Source of the DNA: Balanoglossus misakiensis
Lineage: Eukaryota > Animalia > Hemichordata
Assembly: GCA_040954595.2 (NCBI GenBank)
Contig: CM082591.2
Location: 9,289,612-9,353,611, forward strand
DNA: 64,000 bases
Reading direction: 5' to 3'
Positions 47,173-59,494 of this stretch are shown in pieces; within the stretch, counting starts at the first letter, position 1; each line of letters opens with the position of its first letter. The translations under genes and the position numbers were made by a program. Below the pieces are notes generated by a model. The model was not told the DNA's origin. It saw nothing but the letters and a program-made list of their open reading frames with translations, and made no database searches.

Positions 47173-50100
47173 TTACAGAGAATGATTTCTTTTGATAAAT
47201 GCATAATGGACGTATTTACATAAATTGATTAATAAATCAGGTTGAGTAGATTGCAAAAGTCTATGAAATTTAACATGGTTGGTATCGTTATAGAAATAAA
47301 GGGGAATGTATTTTTGTCTTAGCTCTTTGTAAAATGGACAAATCAGCAGAAAATGAAATTCGTCTTCTAGAAGTCTGAGGTTACATAATAGGCAAAGTCT
47401 ATCTGTTAAATCAATGTTGTGGTGTCTCCCTATTTCAATACCCAGTTGCATCACGGAGCATCGAAAACGGGCAAAAGCTCTTATGTACTTGGTGTTACAA
47501 TTTAATGAAAGGTATTTCTCAGGTTCTAATAAGCTCTTGAAACAAGCATAAGTGCGTAGTTTGGGTTTTTGGGTGATACCGTATTTCCACTGTTGTTTAC
47601 AGATATCCGAAACTCGGGCAGTAAATTCAGAAATAAATAAATGTCTGTCGCCTACTTCCTGGAACAGCCAGGCATATCCAAAACCATAGGAAAATAAAAT
47701 GTTTTTCAAAGACGTTGCCCAAGTCTGTCTGCCCATCTCATCCAGCCTAGTCAACATAAGATAAGCTTGTTTCGGCAGACGATCTCTACTCATTTCTAAA
47801 AGCTTTAACCAGTAGTTTACACACCGTTTCATTGTTGTTACAAAAATGGGCAATCGCCCACATTCCCCAATAACAGCTTCACTGGCGGTATTACTTGGCA
47901 CTCCCAGAAGCTTGATACACCATTTTCTATGCACCCTTTCAAGAACATCAAAGTATTGAAAACCCCAGATTTCTGCACCATAGCAAAGTATAGGGAGTAC
48001 CATGGAATCGAAAAGTTTAAAATGACAACTCACTGGGAAATTTCCAACTTTATAAGATGCTACAGATATTATTGTCATAGCTTTGTTACCCTGATCTGCA
48101 AGATTTGACACAGCTTTTGACCATGAATTTCGTGTAGATAATAGTAAACCCAAGTACTTGTAGTAGGAGACAACTTCTATTTTTGAAGTGCCAATGAACC
48201 AATTTTCAAAACGGGATTTATGGCCTCCTTTTCGGAAGATGACAATTTTTGTTTTGGCAAGATTTACTTCCATATGCCATTTTCTACAGAATTGAGAGAG
48301 GACGTCTATTAGATTTTGTAGGTTTCTGACTGAGTCTGCAAACAATACAATGTCATCTGCATAAAGTAGACAAAATAAATCGTACATTTCTTGCGTTAAC
48401 TGTATACCCATCTGACTCGTATTCATCAACATACAATTAAGTTCTTCAATAAAGAAAGAAAATAACAGTGGACTTAAAACACAACCTTGACGAACGCCAT
48501 TTGGGCATTCAAAAGTATTCGACAAAGTATTTCCAGATCTTACGCAAGCCTTAACATTGCTATACATAGAGTAGAGTATCTGATACATTTTCCCGTTAAG
48601 ACCTAGAGACAACAACCTGTACATCAGCAAGGAATGATTAATACGATCAAACGCTTTAGAGAAGTCCACGAAAAGACAATAAAATTTCCCCCGTCTGACA
48701 CTCAAATATTTTTGAATTATAGCGTGCAGTACGAATATATTATCTACCGTACTATGGCCTTTACGGAATCCTGCTTGACAATCAGATAAGTTGTTCATTG
48801 AATCAGACCACTGTGTAAGTCTAGTGTTCAGTATAGAAGTAAATACTTTGCCGAGAACATTTAACAAGGAGATACCTCTATAATTGTTCACGTCTTGTCT
48901 GGAGCCCTTCTTAAAAAGGGGAATGACAATAGCACTAGCCCATTCGGTGGGGAAATTTCCAGAATCAAAAACGTAATTCAAAAGCTCAACCAGAAGAGGC
49001 AAAATCACATTAGCTGAGTATTTATAAAATTCACATGGTATCCCATCTGGACCAGATGATTTCCCGTGTTTTAAACGGTAAAGACTTTTAATAATCTCAT
49101 TTTCTGTGATCGGTGAATTGATCATGCTATCAGAATCCATGTCAGTATTGTCTGAAGGAACATGATTGTCCAATATTTCGTTAACAGACCGAAAAAAATC
49201 CAGGTCGATCTGAGTGTCCTCTTCTGCATTGCAATGGAAACCTGTGTACAAATCTCGAAAATATTCGTACCACGTATCTATGTCAATATCATTGCGCATG
49301 GAACCTTTCCGATTTACAATTGTCTTGAGCACATTCCAGAAGTCCTTAGCTCCCTTGGAAGAGGCTTCCATTAATTTTGTTTTTATCGATCGTTGATAGT
49401 CATATTTACTGTCACGACAAGCCTGTTTGAAGTTCCTCTTCGCCGTTTTATAAATCTCGAGATTTACACTCGTTGTATTACGCCGGAAAAGTGAAAGCTT
49501 CTCATACATCGACGACTTTGCGGTCTTACATGTCTTTCCGAACCATGGAGGCTGATTATCAGAGACCCGGGAGATACCGGCAGTAAAACAATTGCGACCA
49601 GCTGTTTGAAGTGCTTTGTTCAATGATGAGATCGCCAGACTGACGTTTGGCAGAGAACAGGAGGCATCTTCCAAGTGCTTTTGTACAACGGGTGAAGACA
49701 GATTTTGAATGAAACTATTTTTACTTTGTTCCGACCATCGGTACCGTCCTTTTGTTCTTGCGCTGGAATGTGACATCTGTGCATGTCCTTGTGAATTTGC
49801 ATCTGAATGCACACTACGCAGATGGCAGACAAGTGGGAAGTGATCTGATTCGGTCCTTTCAAGCACATTGAAATACACGATCGAATCAAATAGCTCAGTG
49901 GAGGCAATACAGTAATCAATGACACTAGCACCGTTTGCTGCTACACAAGTGACATTCCCGTTTTTGTCATTTGACAATCTGCCATTCAAAATATGCACAT
50001 CGAATCGTTTACAAATCTCAAGCAGCGCTCTGCCACCTTCATTAACAATACAATCTTTTGAGATGCGAAGACAATGGAAACAGTCTGAAACATACTCAGT

Positions 50101-50643
50101 ATTTTCCAATGGCAAATATTTCGTTGAGTCATCGGGAATAAAATCCAATTCTGTGCCCGTCCTTGCATTAAAATCTCCAGCAAGTAACAATACAGAGTGT
50201 GGGTAGAGACTTTGTAGGTTAATTAAATAATTACCAAGCTCTTCGATTGTAACAACAGCATTTTGGGGTCTTATATAACAGCATATAAGGATCACGTCTT
50301 TCTCAAAAGGAAAGAGAGATTTGTCAAAAGACAACGAAATACAATTCTCAAAATTACTTTGAAGTTTACGAACATAACACGAAATATTTTTTCGAACATA
50401 CACCGAGACTCCGCCACTTGGCCGGCCTCTCTGACTACGTCTTATGGCAGGATACGAAAAAATCTTATAATGATCCAGGAATTTGACAGAGTCTTCCGTG
50501 AGACAGAACGTTTCAACAAAACAGCAAACATCATAGCGATTGCACATAGAAATGAAGTCAGGGTTTGATAATTTGTTTTTCAGTCCTCTGATGTTCCAAC
50601 TTAGAAATGACAGTTCTGAGTATATTGGGCCTCGGCCGCTTTC
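47173..50643 (-). CDS. LINE ORF2: APE + RT + C-terminal CCHC zinc knuckle (open frame starts right after the ORF1 stop; first ATG at 50547)
   Basis: LSFLSWNIRGL lies upstream of the first Met. Further motifs are FVETF, GDFNARTG, IDY, SDHFP, YRGISLL, DFSKAFD, GVRQGCVLSP, YADD, YKYLG and CLLC..EDEFHFLLIC. Confidence 0.93.
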   Translation of the reverse strand, partial: ESGRGPIYSELSFLSWNIRGLKNKLSNPDFISMCNRYDVCCFVETFCLTEDSVKFLDHYKIFSYPAIRRSQRGRPSGGVSVYVRKNISCYVRKLQSNFENCISLSFDKSLFPFEKDVILICCYIRPQNAVVTIEELGNYLINLQSLYPHSVLLLAGDFNARTGTELDFIPDDSTKYLPLENTEYVSDCFHCLRISKDCIVNEGGRALLEICKRFDVHILNGRLSNDKNGNVTCVAANGASVIDYCIASTELFDSIVYFNVLERTESDHFPLVCHLRSVHSDANSQGHAQMSHSSARTKGRYRWSEQSKNSFIQNLSSPVVQKHLEDASCSLPNVSLAISSLNKALQTAGRNCFTAGISRVSDNQPPWFGKTCKTAKSSMYEKLSLFRRNTTSVNLEIYKTAKRNFKQACRDSKYDYQRSIKTKLMEASSKGAKDFWNVLKTIVNRKGSMRNDIDIDTWYEYFRDLYTGFHCNAEEDTQIDLDFFRSVNEILDNHVPSDNTDMDSDSMINSPITENEIIKSLYRLKHGKSSGPDGIPCEFYKYSANVILPLLVELLNYVFDSGNFPTEWASAIVIPLFKKGSRQDVNNYRGISLLNVLGKVFTSILNTRLTQWSDSMNNLSDCQAGFRKGHSTVDNIFVLHAIIQKYLSVRRGKFYCLFVDFSKAFDRINHSLLMYRLLSLGLNGKMYQILYSMYSNVKACVRSGNTLSNTFECPNGVRQGCVLSPLLFSFFIEELNCMLMNTSQMGIQLTQEMYDLFCLLYADDIVLFADSVRNLQNLIDVLSQFCRKWHMEVNLAKTKIVIFRKGGHKSRFENWFIGTSKIEVVSYYKYLGLLLSTRNSWSKAVSNLADQGNKAMTIISVASYKVGNFPVSCHFKLFDSMVLPILCYGAEIWGFQYFDVLERVHRKWCIKLLGVPSNTASEAVIGECGRLPIFVTTMKRCVNYWLKLLEMSRDRLPKQAYLMLTRLDEMGRQTWATSLKNILFSYGFGYAWLFQEVGDRHLFISEFTARVSDICKQQWKYGITQKPKLRTYACFKSLLEPEKYLSLNCNTKYIRAFARFRCSVMQLGIEIGRHHNIDLTDRLCLLCNLRLLEDEFHFLLICPFYKELRQKYIPLYFYNDTNHVKFHRLLQSTQPDLLINLCKYVHYAFIKRNHSL

Positions 50644-51618
50644 CTATCTCCGGTCATAGATATGGTGAGCAGGGCGTTCTTCTACTTGTCTGGTCTTTTC
50701 ATTCACTTTGTATACCTTCTTCTCTCCGTTTTCATCCGTACACACTAGCTTGTCGTATCGGACATGGGCTTTTAACTTTTCGTTCTCAGCGATGAGGGAT
50801 TTCCGATAGTCTAGAAGGATAGATCGAATGACGCGGATTCTCTTGGAAAAATCCTCGCCAATGCTCACACCTGTGCCTTTCAGTTTGGCGGCTCGCTCTT
50901 GGACATGGCTGCGATCCTTAAACTTTGTGAACATTACTACGATGGGCTTGGATCCACGTATAGATGGTGCGTTTGTAATCCTGTGTACACGTTCAAACTC
51001 CAAGTTTTGAGAAATGTCCAATTGTTTTTTCAAAACGTCTCTCACCTTCTGCTCTGATGTCTCCCAGTTTTCATTGTGGTGTTCCTGTTTTATCCCGTAG
51101 AAAATCAGATTATTTCGGCGTGATCTGTTCTCCAGGTCGTCCTTTTCTTTCTTTAGTTTCTCGGTTTCCTGCGTGAGTTGTTTCACTTCATTTTTTAGTT
51201 CTGTTTGCATTTCTTCTATAGCATTTAACTTACTGTTATTTTCGTCATTGTTCTCTTTCAGTTCGTGGAGTTCGTCTTCCATGCTGTCCATTCTTGCCTG
51301 TAGTTGGTCAAGTTTGTTGTTCATTTGCTTTGTGTCGCTTATTATATCTTCTAATTTCTTCAGGATAGTTGATACATCCTCTTTTGTTGCAACTTGCTCG
51401 TCAGCACTTCGTAATTTTGGTGGACCTGGGTTCTTTTCTACGTCTCCACTAATCACAAGAAGCATTGCCAAGCATATGTTGATTACAAGTGACACCTGGC
51501 TGGAGCGCCACGCTGGCATAACAATGGCCGCCATGTTATTTGGTTTCTTCCGACGGTTCGAGTCGCCTCCACTAAAATGGCCAATTCTTGCTCTGTGTTG
51601 GTTAATATCGATCCCCAT
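50644..51618 (-). CDS. LINE ORF1: N-terminal 2A-like StopGo peptide, coiled coil and L1-type RRM/CTD
   Basis: MGIDINQHRARIGHF..LLVISGDVEKNPG/P, a heptad-rich coil, then LENRSRRNNLIFYGI, ERVHR, PIVVMF and IGEDFS. Confidence 0.9.
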   Translation of the reverse strand: MGIDINQHRARIGHFSGGDSNRRKKPNNMAAIVMPAWRSSQVSLVINICLAMLLVISGDVEKNPGPPKLRSADEQVATKEDVSTILKKLEDIISDTKQMNNKLDQLQARMDSMEDELHELKENNDENNSKLNAIEEMQTELKNEVKQLTQETEKLKKEKDDLENRSRRNNLIFYGIKQEHHNENWETSEQKVRDVLKKQLDISQNLEFERVHRITNAPSIRGSKPIVVMFTKFKDRSHVQERAAKLKGTGVSIGEDFSKRIRVIRSILLDYRKSLIAENEKLKAHVRYDKLVCTDENGEKKVYKVNEKTRQVEERPAHHIYDRR

Positions 51619-51773
51619 GTTCGTCAAGTAACGGCTTTGTGGTTCACAAGTCTTTCCGTGGTAATTGGAAGTCCCAATCTACTTTATGGCTTACAAAACT
51701 TACTTTTTGCAGAGAGCGTGGTCCACCATGACTTCAACGGTATGACCCCCTACACATTTCTCTCTTATATGAA

Positions 51774-54700
51774 TTAAGTCAATCTGGAGTAAAAATGGAT
51801 GATATCGTGATAATAGTACTTACTTACGCGTTAAAGGTATACAGTCACCTACAATTTATATACGCCCATATATGGCTGAAATTGCCTTTTTGAGGGTTCT
51901 AAAGAATGTATGGTGGCGCTCTTTTTTCTGCGTGTGCCACCCACTGAAAATCTGTGATTGGCTAGATCTCAAGTTTACCATAGTAACTTTAGCTAAATTT
52001 CCATAGGTGACCGTATACCTTTAATAGGACCATAACCCTAAACATAAGCACACTAATGGTAACAATATGAGTCTCCCTGAAGGGCTGTGCATCTATTAAT
52101 TCCTACATTTAATTCACAAATCATTTTGTTCAACAATATATGGGCCTTTCTATCTATGTCATGCCCTGGAGAGACTCTATTTTATGAATGAGCACTTACC
52201 TGTTCACTAAAATTTGAACAGACCGGTGTTATTCAAAAGTTTGCAAAATAACAATGTACTTCTCAACTCAATTAATTTCTCATCGGCTAGCCAGTAAATG
52301 ATACTGCTTTTAGCTGTTTCAACAGGATTAAGGAATGGACAGTAATGCAAATGTTCAATATAATTTATGAATAAACTGAAATGTGTATTAACTTATGTTC
52401 TTGTTCTGCTACCTCAAGAATGCTGTCTGTTCACAGTAAGTAGTGTTGTTATATTAGTGTAAACTTAGATTTTGCTTTTAAAACAAATGCACTTGAGAGT
52501 AGGACAGTCTCCATGATTTCCAAGATCCAACCGATGCAAATGATACTTTTTGGGCAAAAACTTGCCAAAAAGGCACTTTTATCTTGAACACATCAATAAC
52601 ACTGCCTTTTGGGATTTTTTTCACATAGAGTGGGCGTATAATACATTATCAGATCTCCGAAAGTGAAGAAAATATAAACGATTTGAGTGCTTCTAGAAAT
52701 GACGTTTTTGGACAAAAAGTGTCAAAAATGGCAATTTTGTCTTGAGTATGGTTATTAAGACTGCCATTTCTGGAATCAGCACCATTTTTTACATAGAATG
52801 AACATTTCATATATCACATGATCTCTAAACTTTATGAAGAAAAGTTTTTTTTTTTTTTTTTCTAATAATGGCCTTTTAGCCAAAAACTTGCAAAAAAGCC
52901 ATTTTTGCATTATGCAGGGTCAATAAATCTGCTTTTTTGGAATAGTCGCCAAATTTGGCATAGGGTGAGCATATACATGTAATACATTATCAGATCTCCG
53001 AAAGTGAAGAAAACATAAGTTTTGAGTGTTTTCTAAAAAGGACGTTGTGGGGCAAAAAGTGGCAAAAATGGCATTTTTTCATTGAGTAGGGTCAATAAGA
53101 TTGCTATTTCTGGAATCGGCACCATTTTGTTTACATAGAATGAATATTTTATATATCAAATGATATCTGAATATGAAGTTTTTTTGTAAAAATGACCTTT
53201 TTTGACCTCAAAAAGTGGCAAAAATGGCATTTTTGTATTGATTGAGGTCAAGAAGACTGCTTTATTTTTTTAAGTCACCACTTTTAACATAGAATTGACT
53301 TTCCATATATCACCAGATAAATCATTATGAAGAAAACCGTGTGTTTTAATTTTTTTCTGAAAATGACGTTTTTTGGGGCAAAAAATGGTTAAAAAGGCAA
53401 TTTTGTGTTGTTTTGGGTCAATTGAACTACTTTTATCGTAATATTCACCAAATTTTACATAGAATAAGCATATCATATGTCATCAGATCTCAGAATGTGA
53501 CGAAAACAAAGTGTTTTTAGTGTTTTCTGAAAATGACCTGTTTTGGGTTAAAAATGGCCAAAATGGCAATTTTGTCTTGAGTGGGGTCAATAAGACTGAC
53601 TTTTTTGGAATCAGCACCATTTGTTACATAGAATGAACTTCTCAAACCTTCCTTACCAAAAATTCTGATTAACGGCACCTATCTCCTAGCGTAGTAAGAA
53701 CACCAAGTTCAACTACTATTACTAATATCTAAATATAGTGTACAGTTCATGGGTCTATAAAGACTGTGACAGCGTTTTACTATTACATTTCAGGTAAAGC
53801 GAAGACCATGTCAGACTGTTTGAAGGCTTTGTTTACCATCTATTTATTCTGCCACAAAATCAAGGTATTAAAGGCTGATGGTGTAGATTTTTCTAAAGCA
53901 TCTTTATGTCCTTGAATCCCATAATGGAATTGTAGAACATGCTAGAGAGGACCACTGTCATGTGCTGGAGAGAATAGCTTCCTGTGTCCGTGCTGGTATG
54001 ATACCCAACATTGATGTCAGAAAATTTGTTGAAGCACTCCAGGTGTGTAAATATATGTACATTCATTTTCTTTAATAAACATTGACAAACTCATGTAATT
54101 TGAATCTTGCACTTTGTGTCAGACCTTCCCTGTGATGCAATGCATGTCAAATGCAATGACCCATTTTGTTGTTTAAGGCAATTATCATATTTCCATTCAG
54201 TGGGGTTGGCCATAAGCAGTGAATGAAACTTAAAAGGGAGAATTACTAATTTTGACATTTTCATTTGTTTCCTAATATTTTCAAAATCCTTTTAAGTCAA
54301 TTAAGTCAATCTGGAGTAAAAATGGATGATATCGTGATAATAGTACTTACTTACGCGTTAAAGGTATACAGTCACCTACAATTTATATACGCCCATATAT
54401 GGCTGAAATTGCCTTTTTGAGGGTTCTAAAGAACGTATGGTGGCGCTCTTTTTTCTGCGTGTGCCACCCACTGAAAATCAGTGATTGGCTAGATCTCAAG
54501 TTTACCATAGTAACTTTAGCTAAATTTCCATAGGTGACCGTATACCTTTAATAGGACCATAACCCTAAACATAAGCACACTAATGGTAACAATATGAGTC
54601 TCCCTGAAGGGCTGTGCATCTATTAATTCCTACATTTAATTCACAAATCATTTTGTTCAACAATATATGGGCCTTTCTATCTATGTCATGCTCTGGAGAG

Positions 54701-56822
54701 ACTCTATTTTATGAATGAGCACTTACCTGTTCACTAAAATTTGAACAGACCGGTGTTATTCAAAAGTTTGCAAAATAACAATGTACTTCTCAACTCAATT
54801 AATTTCTCATCGGCTAGCCAGTAAATGATACTGCTTTTAGCTGTTTCAACAGGATTAAGGAATGGACAGTAATGCAAATGTTCAATATAATTTATGAATA
54901 AACTGAAATGTGTATTAACTTATGTTCTTGTTCTGCTACCTCAAGAATGCTGTCTGTTCACAGTAAGTAGTGTTGTTATATTAGTGTAAACTTAGATTTT
55001 GCTTTTAAAACAAATGCACTTGAGAGTAGGACAGTCTCCATGATTTCCAAGATCCAACCGATGCAAATGATACTTTTTGGGCAAAAACTTGCCAAAAAGG
55101 CACTTTTATCTTGAACACATCAATAAAACTGCCTTTTGGGATTTTTTTCACATAGAGTGGGCGTATAATACATTATCAGATCTCCGAAAGTGAAGAAAAT
55201 ATAAACGATTTGAGTGCTTCTAGAAATGACGTTTTTGGACAAAAAGTGTCAAAAATGGCAATTTTGTCTTGAGTATGGTTATTAAGACTGCCATTTCTGG
55301 AATCAGCACCATTTTTTACATAGAATGAACATTTCATATATCACATAATCTCTAAACTTTATGAAGAAAAGTTTGTTTTTATTTTTTTTTCTAATAATGG
55401 CCTTTTAGCCAAAAACTTGCAAAAAAGCCATTTTTGCATTATGCAGGGTCAATAAATCTGCTTTTTTGGAATAGTCGCCAAATTTTGCATAGGGTGAGCA
55501 TATACATGTAATACATTATCAGATCTCCGAAAGTGAAGAAAACATATAAGTTTTGAGTGTTTTCTAAAAAGGACGTTGTGGGGCAAAAAGTGGCAAAAAT
55601 GGCATTTTTTCATTGAGTAGGGTCAATAAGATTGCTATTTCTGGAATCGGCACCATTTTGTTTACATAGAATGAATATTTTATATATCAAATGATATCTG
55701 AATATGAAGTTTTTTTGTAAAAATGACCTTTTTTGACCTCAAAAGTGGCAAAAATGGCATTTTTGTATTGATTGAGGTCAAGAAGACTGCTTTATTTTTT
55801 TAAGTCACCACTTTTAACATAGAATTGACTTTCCATATATCACCAGATAAATCATTATGAAGAAAACCGTGTGTTTTAATTTTTTTCTGAAAATGACGTT
55901 TTTTGGGGCAAAAAATGGTTAAAAAGGCAATTTTGTGTTGTTTTGGGTCAATTGAACTACTTTTATCGTAATATTCACCAAATTTTACATAGAATAAGCA
56001 TATCATATGTCATCAGATCTCAGAATGTGACGAAAACAAAGTGTTTTTAGTGTTTTCTGAAAATGACCTGTTTTGGGTTTAAAATGGCCAAAATGGCAAT
56101 TTTGTCTTGAGTGGGGTCAATAAGACTGACTTTTTTGGAATCAGCACCATTTGTTACATAGAATGAACTTCTCAAACCTTCCTTACCAAAAATTCTGATT
56201 AACGGCACCTATCTCCTAGCGTAGTAAGAACACCAAGTTCAACTACTATTACTAATATCTAAATATAGTGTACAGTTCATGGGTCTATAAAGACTGTGAC
56301 AGCGTTTTACTATTACATTTCAGGTAAACCGGAGACCATGTCAGACTGTTTGAAGGCTTTGTTTACCATCTATTTATTCTGCCACAAAATCAAGGTATTA
56401 AAGGCTGATGGTGTAGATTTTTCTAAAGCATCTTTATGTCCTTGAATCCCATACTGGAATTGTAGAACATGCTAGAGAGGACCACTGTCATGTGCTGGAG
56501 AGAATAGCTTCCTGTGTCCGTGCTGGTACGATACCCAACATTGATGTCAGAAAATTTGTTGAAGCACTCCAGGTGTGTAAATATATTTACATTCATTTTC
56601 TTTAATAAACATTGACAAACTCATGTAATTTGAATCTTGCACTTTGTGTCAGACCTTCCCTGTGATGCAATGCATGTCAAATGCAATGACCCATTTTGTT
56701 GTTTAAGGCAATTATCATATTTCCATTCAGTGGGGTTGGCCATAAGCAGTGAATAAAACTTAAAAGGGAGAATTACTAATTTTGACATTTTCATTTGTTT
56801 CCTAATATTTTCAAAATCCTTT
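51774..56822 (+). repeat. tandem duplication 2 (unit ~2.53 kb; copies 51774-54292 and 54301-56822)
   Basis: Near-identical copies; the junction carries an extra TAAGTCAA. The segment at about 44410-45850 is therefore present three times. Confidence 0.9.
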
Positions 56823-58060
56823 ATGCAATGCAGTAACCGCACTTTGAATACAGAACAAACAAATAATACACTGGAACTGCACATTTTTGTTTAACTACTC
56901 AGAAATTAAATTCTGTGTCTATTTTGTGATAGGACTTACATACACGGGTATGAAGAAGAAGGCAGATTTGTCAAACTTGTCAGCAAATGGCACAAAGCAG
57001 CAGATGGCAGAGGGATTACTACAGAAGAAAGGAGGAAGTTCAAAAAAGATATGTTGAACTCCATCTTGGATGACTGGATGCCCTGGCATCATTACAATCC
57101 TGATTACAGTACTATTGATCCCCTTAGGTATGTCAAAAAGCCAGCAAGTCAATAATGACTGTCTTTTATTCTGCAAATATCCTCTCTTTTCTAAACAGGT
57201 CTGATATTCTGTGCTGGTTCCATAGTCCTCGTTACCAAACTGTTACTGGGTTGATATTTCAGAGAAGTGCTTTTGCTTGCATAAATGCCTAGTGGTTGAT
57301 AACTACATGTAATTCTTTACAGACCAATCAAGGGTTTATGTGGGTTGACGAGATTATAGTTGCTTTGATTGCCAACATTGAAAGTGCAGAATTGAGACGT
57401 CGTCAAGGAGGGCTGCCAGAACATCCTAAAGCTAGTACGACAGATGATGTGGAGGGATTTATTTCTCTCATTCATTCAATGCTGGGTCCAGTCTTTTCAC
57501 CGCAAGACTTTCCGTGATAATTACAAGTAAGCAATTACCTAAATTAGTGATATATGTTGACCAGTCATCAGTCACAATGCCGACCTGAACACATCATGTT
57601 ACTGGCTATAATGAATATAATTACCAAAATACATATTCATATGCAAATGACTGGTGCCATGACAGTTATGTCCAACTATCACAAAACTTGTCACATTACT
57701 GCTGAGGGCACTGTATACTATTATTACATTCATTTATGACAGGAGGTCATTTTAATGCACTCTCCTATACATATTATTTTTCCAGAAAAATATGAAATGA
57801 ATTTACGAAAAGAGTGGACCCAGATTTACCATAGTACTACTGGACCGTGAGTGATACACGCTTCAACTTAGGACCATTGCCTTCATTCAACCATCCCTCA
57901 GGTGAAGTGGAAAGGCTTGATAGAGTCCAGATTCGAAGGAGAGCCGATCCTGCTGTTTTTCATGCCAACAGGGCATCAGTGCCACAAAGAGGGTCGCTAA
58001 CAGTGCGGGCACAATTTTTTCAGGCCCCAGAATGTCTACCCCCAATTGTGGCTGCCTTAA
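53794..58060 (+). pseudogene. decayed spliced gene with a P-element/THAP9-like transposase C-terminal region; exons 53794-54042 (duplicate 56324-56572), 56933-57127, 57323-57526, 57786-58060
   Basis: Motifs GVDF/SKHLYV..HAREDHCHVL, WHKAADGRG..ILDDWMPW, IANIES, EHPKASTTDDVEGFIS (similar to the P-type QD.LE.FF motif) and EFTKRVDPDLP. Frameshifts and stops are present. Family assignment is from memory. Confidence 0.5.
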
Positions 58061-59494
58061 ATAGGTTTTCACTTTGCGCTAGGGGGTCAAATCACATTGC
58101 ATTCTGGTCGAAAAGTCGACAACCCACTGTAGTAAGAGATAGAAGAAATGATATGTTTACTGTATTTCATGACTTCCTTGGGTCAAACATGTCTGTCTTT
58201 GTAGTTACCATATTAATCTCAATAAACTTTTTTAACATTTGGTTATTTTTTATGTTAAAAAGTTTCAGAATGACCCATCATCACTTTAGCTTATGAACTC
58301 CTATTCCTTAAACATGGTAAAAATCGGCCATCTTGAAATTGTGTCGACCATGTGAGATTTTTATCACCCACCTAGGCAGCCCAAAACCTATTTAATGTCA
58401 GGAGAATTCCATGACCTGGGTGCATGTCCTTATTTAACAGAATCGCTCTGACCAAAGCAAAAAATTTCAGGTCATAATTTTTTCTATTTCAGATTATAAT
58501 TTTTAGATATTGGTCTCATCAAAAACACCCCTAGACATCTTAGATGTTGTACCTTGGTGTTTGTATGTTATATTGTAGTTGATGATCAATTTATTGTGTA
58601 CTGTTATTTTTGAAAGAAAAATCAACATTCAGGATCAGTTGAAATGCTTTGACAATTTCTCCCTTTTTCTATTACATCCATATCCTGTCATGTGCTGACT
58701 CGACTGTAGTATTTTAAATTTGGCAAAATACATGAATGAACTGTTAAAATAAACGGTTTTACCATATACTTTCCCCAGTTAATGGAAGCAAATATGTGTC
58801 ACAATTTTAAACAGCATATTTTATAAATAAATGCCAGTACTAGTCAATGCTCTCTGGTCCATCATTGAGGCAGTAGTATCAAGCTGTCTCCTCCTGTCAT
58901 GATAGTCTTTTTCCTGTCTCACTTTGATTTTCTTTTACAGTACAAAATTCCTTATAAGTTTCTGTAACCCAAACTATAGAAGACTAATGGTTATTCTACA
59001 CAGCGAACAAAGTGGCAATTTATGCTAATTATCAAAGCTACTGTTAAATGTGTACATGGTGTGTAAATGGCAAGGTCTGGTTCACTGAGCTGTAGGTAAC
59101 ACACATGTAATGCTAGGCACCTCAACGAGCATCAATCATATAAAGAAAACTTCACACATTTTGTATTTTGTTCAAATCATTTAATTAGGCAAAACCAAAA
59201 TAATATATACATGTACAGTTATAAGTTAAATTGATCCAGTATTGGACCCAAAATGGGTACAAAATATATACACATAGTCGCATAATGATGACCCTCTTCT
59301 TGTCAAGTTGGCGGCATTGTAGGTGAGGGAAGGACAAATTTTTCATGAGTAGAACAAAATGTGTTCACAAACTATTCACACAAGGTCTACTTTGTTAATG
59401 GACTGGAAATTTCCTTGAATGTGCCAAAAGTAATTTGAAAATGCACCCTTTTAAAAAATTCCCAACTCCTCCAGAAGTGTTTTTGAATTGAGTC

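Larger units (their letters stand above)
47070..51769 (-). mobile_element. full-length two-ORF non-LTR retrotransposon (4.7 kb) with a 10 bp TSD
   Basis: TSD TGAATTAAGT at 47060-47069 and 51770-51779, with the empty site visible at 44409-44418. AATAAA and a short tail mark the 3' end; both ORFs are open. Confidence 0.95.
43211..53210 (+). repeat. tandem duplication 1: unit 43211-45850 (2640 bp); second copy 45851-53210 is interrupted by a LINE
   Basis: Near-identical sequence with junction microhomology TCAAA. It duplicates the CACTA right end (second GTACGGG ending at 46080) and one exon. Confidence 0.9.
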
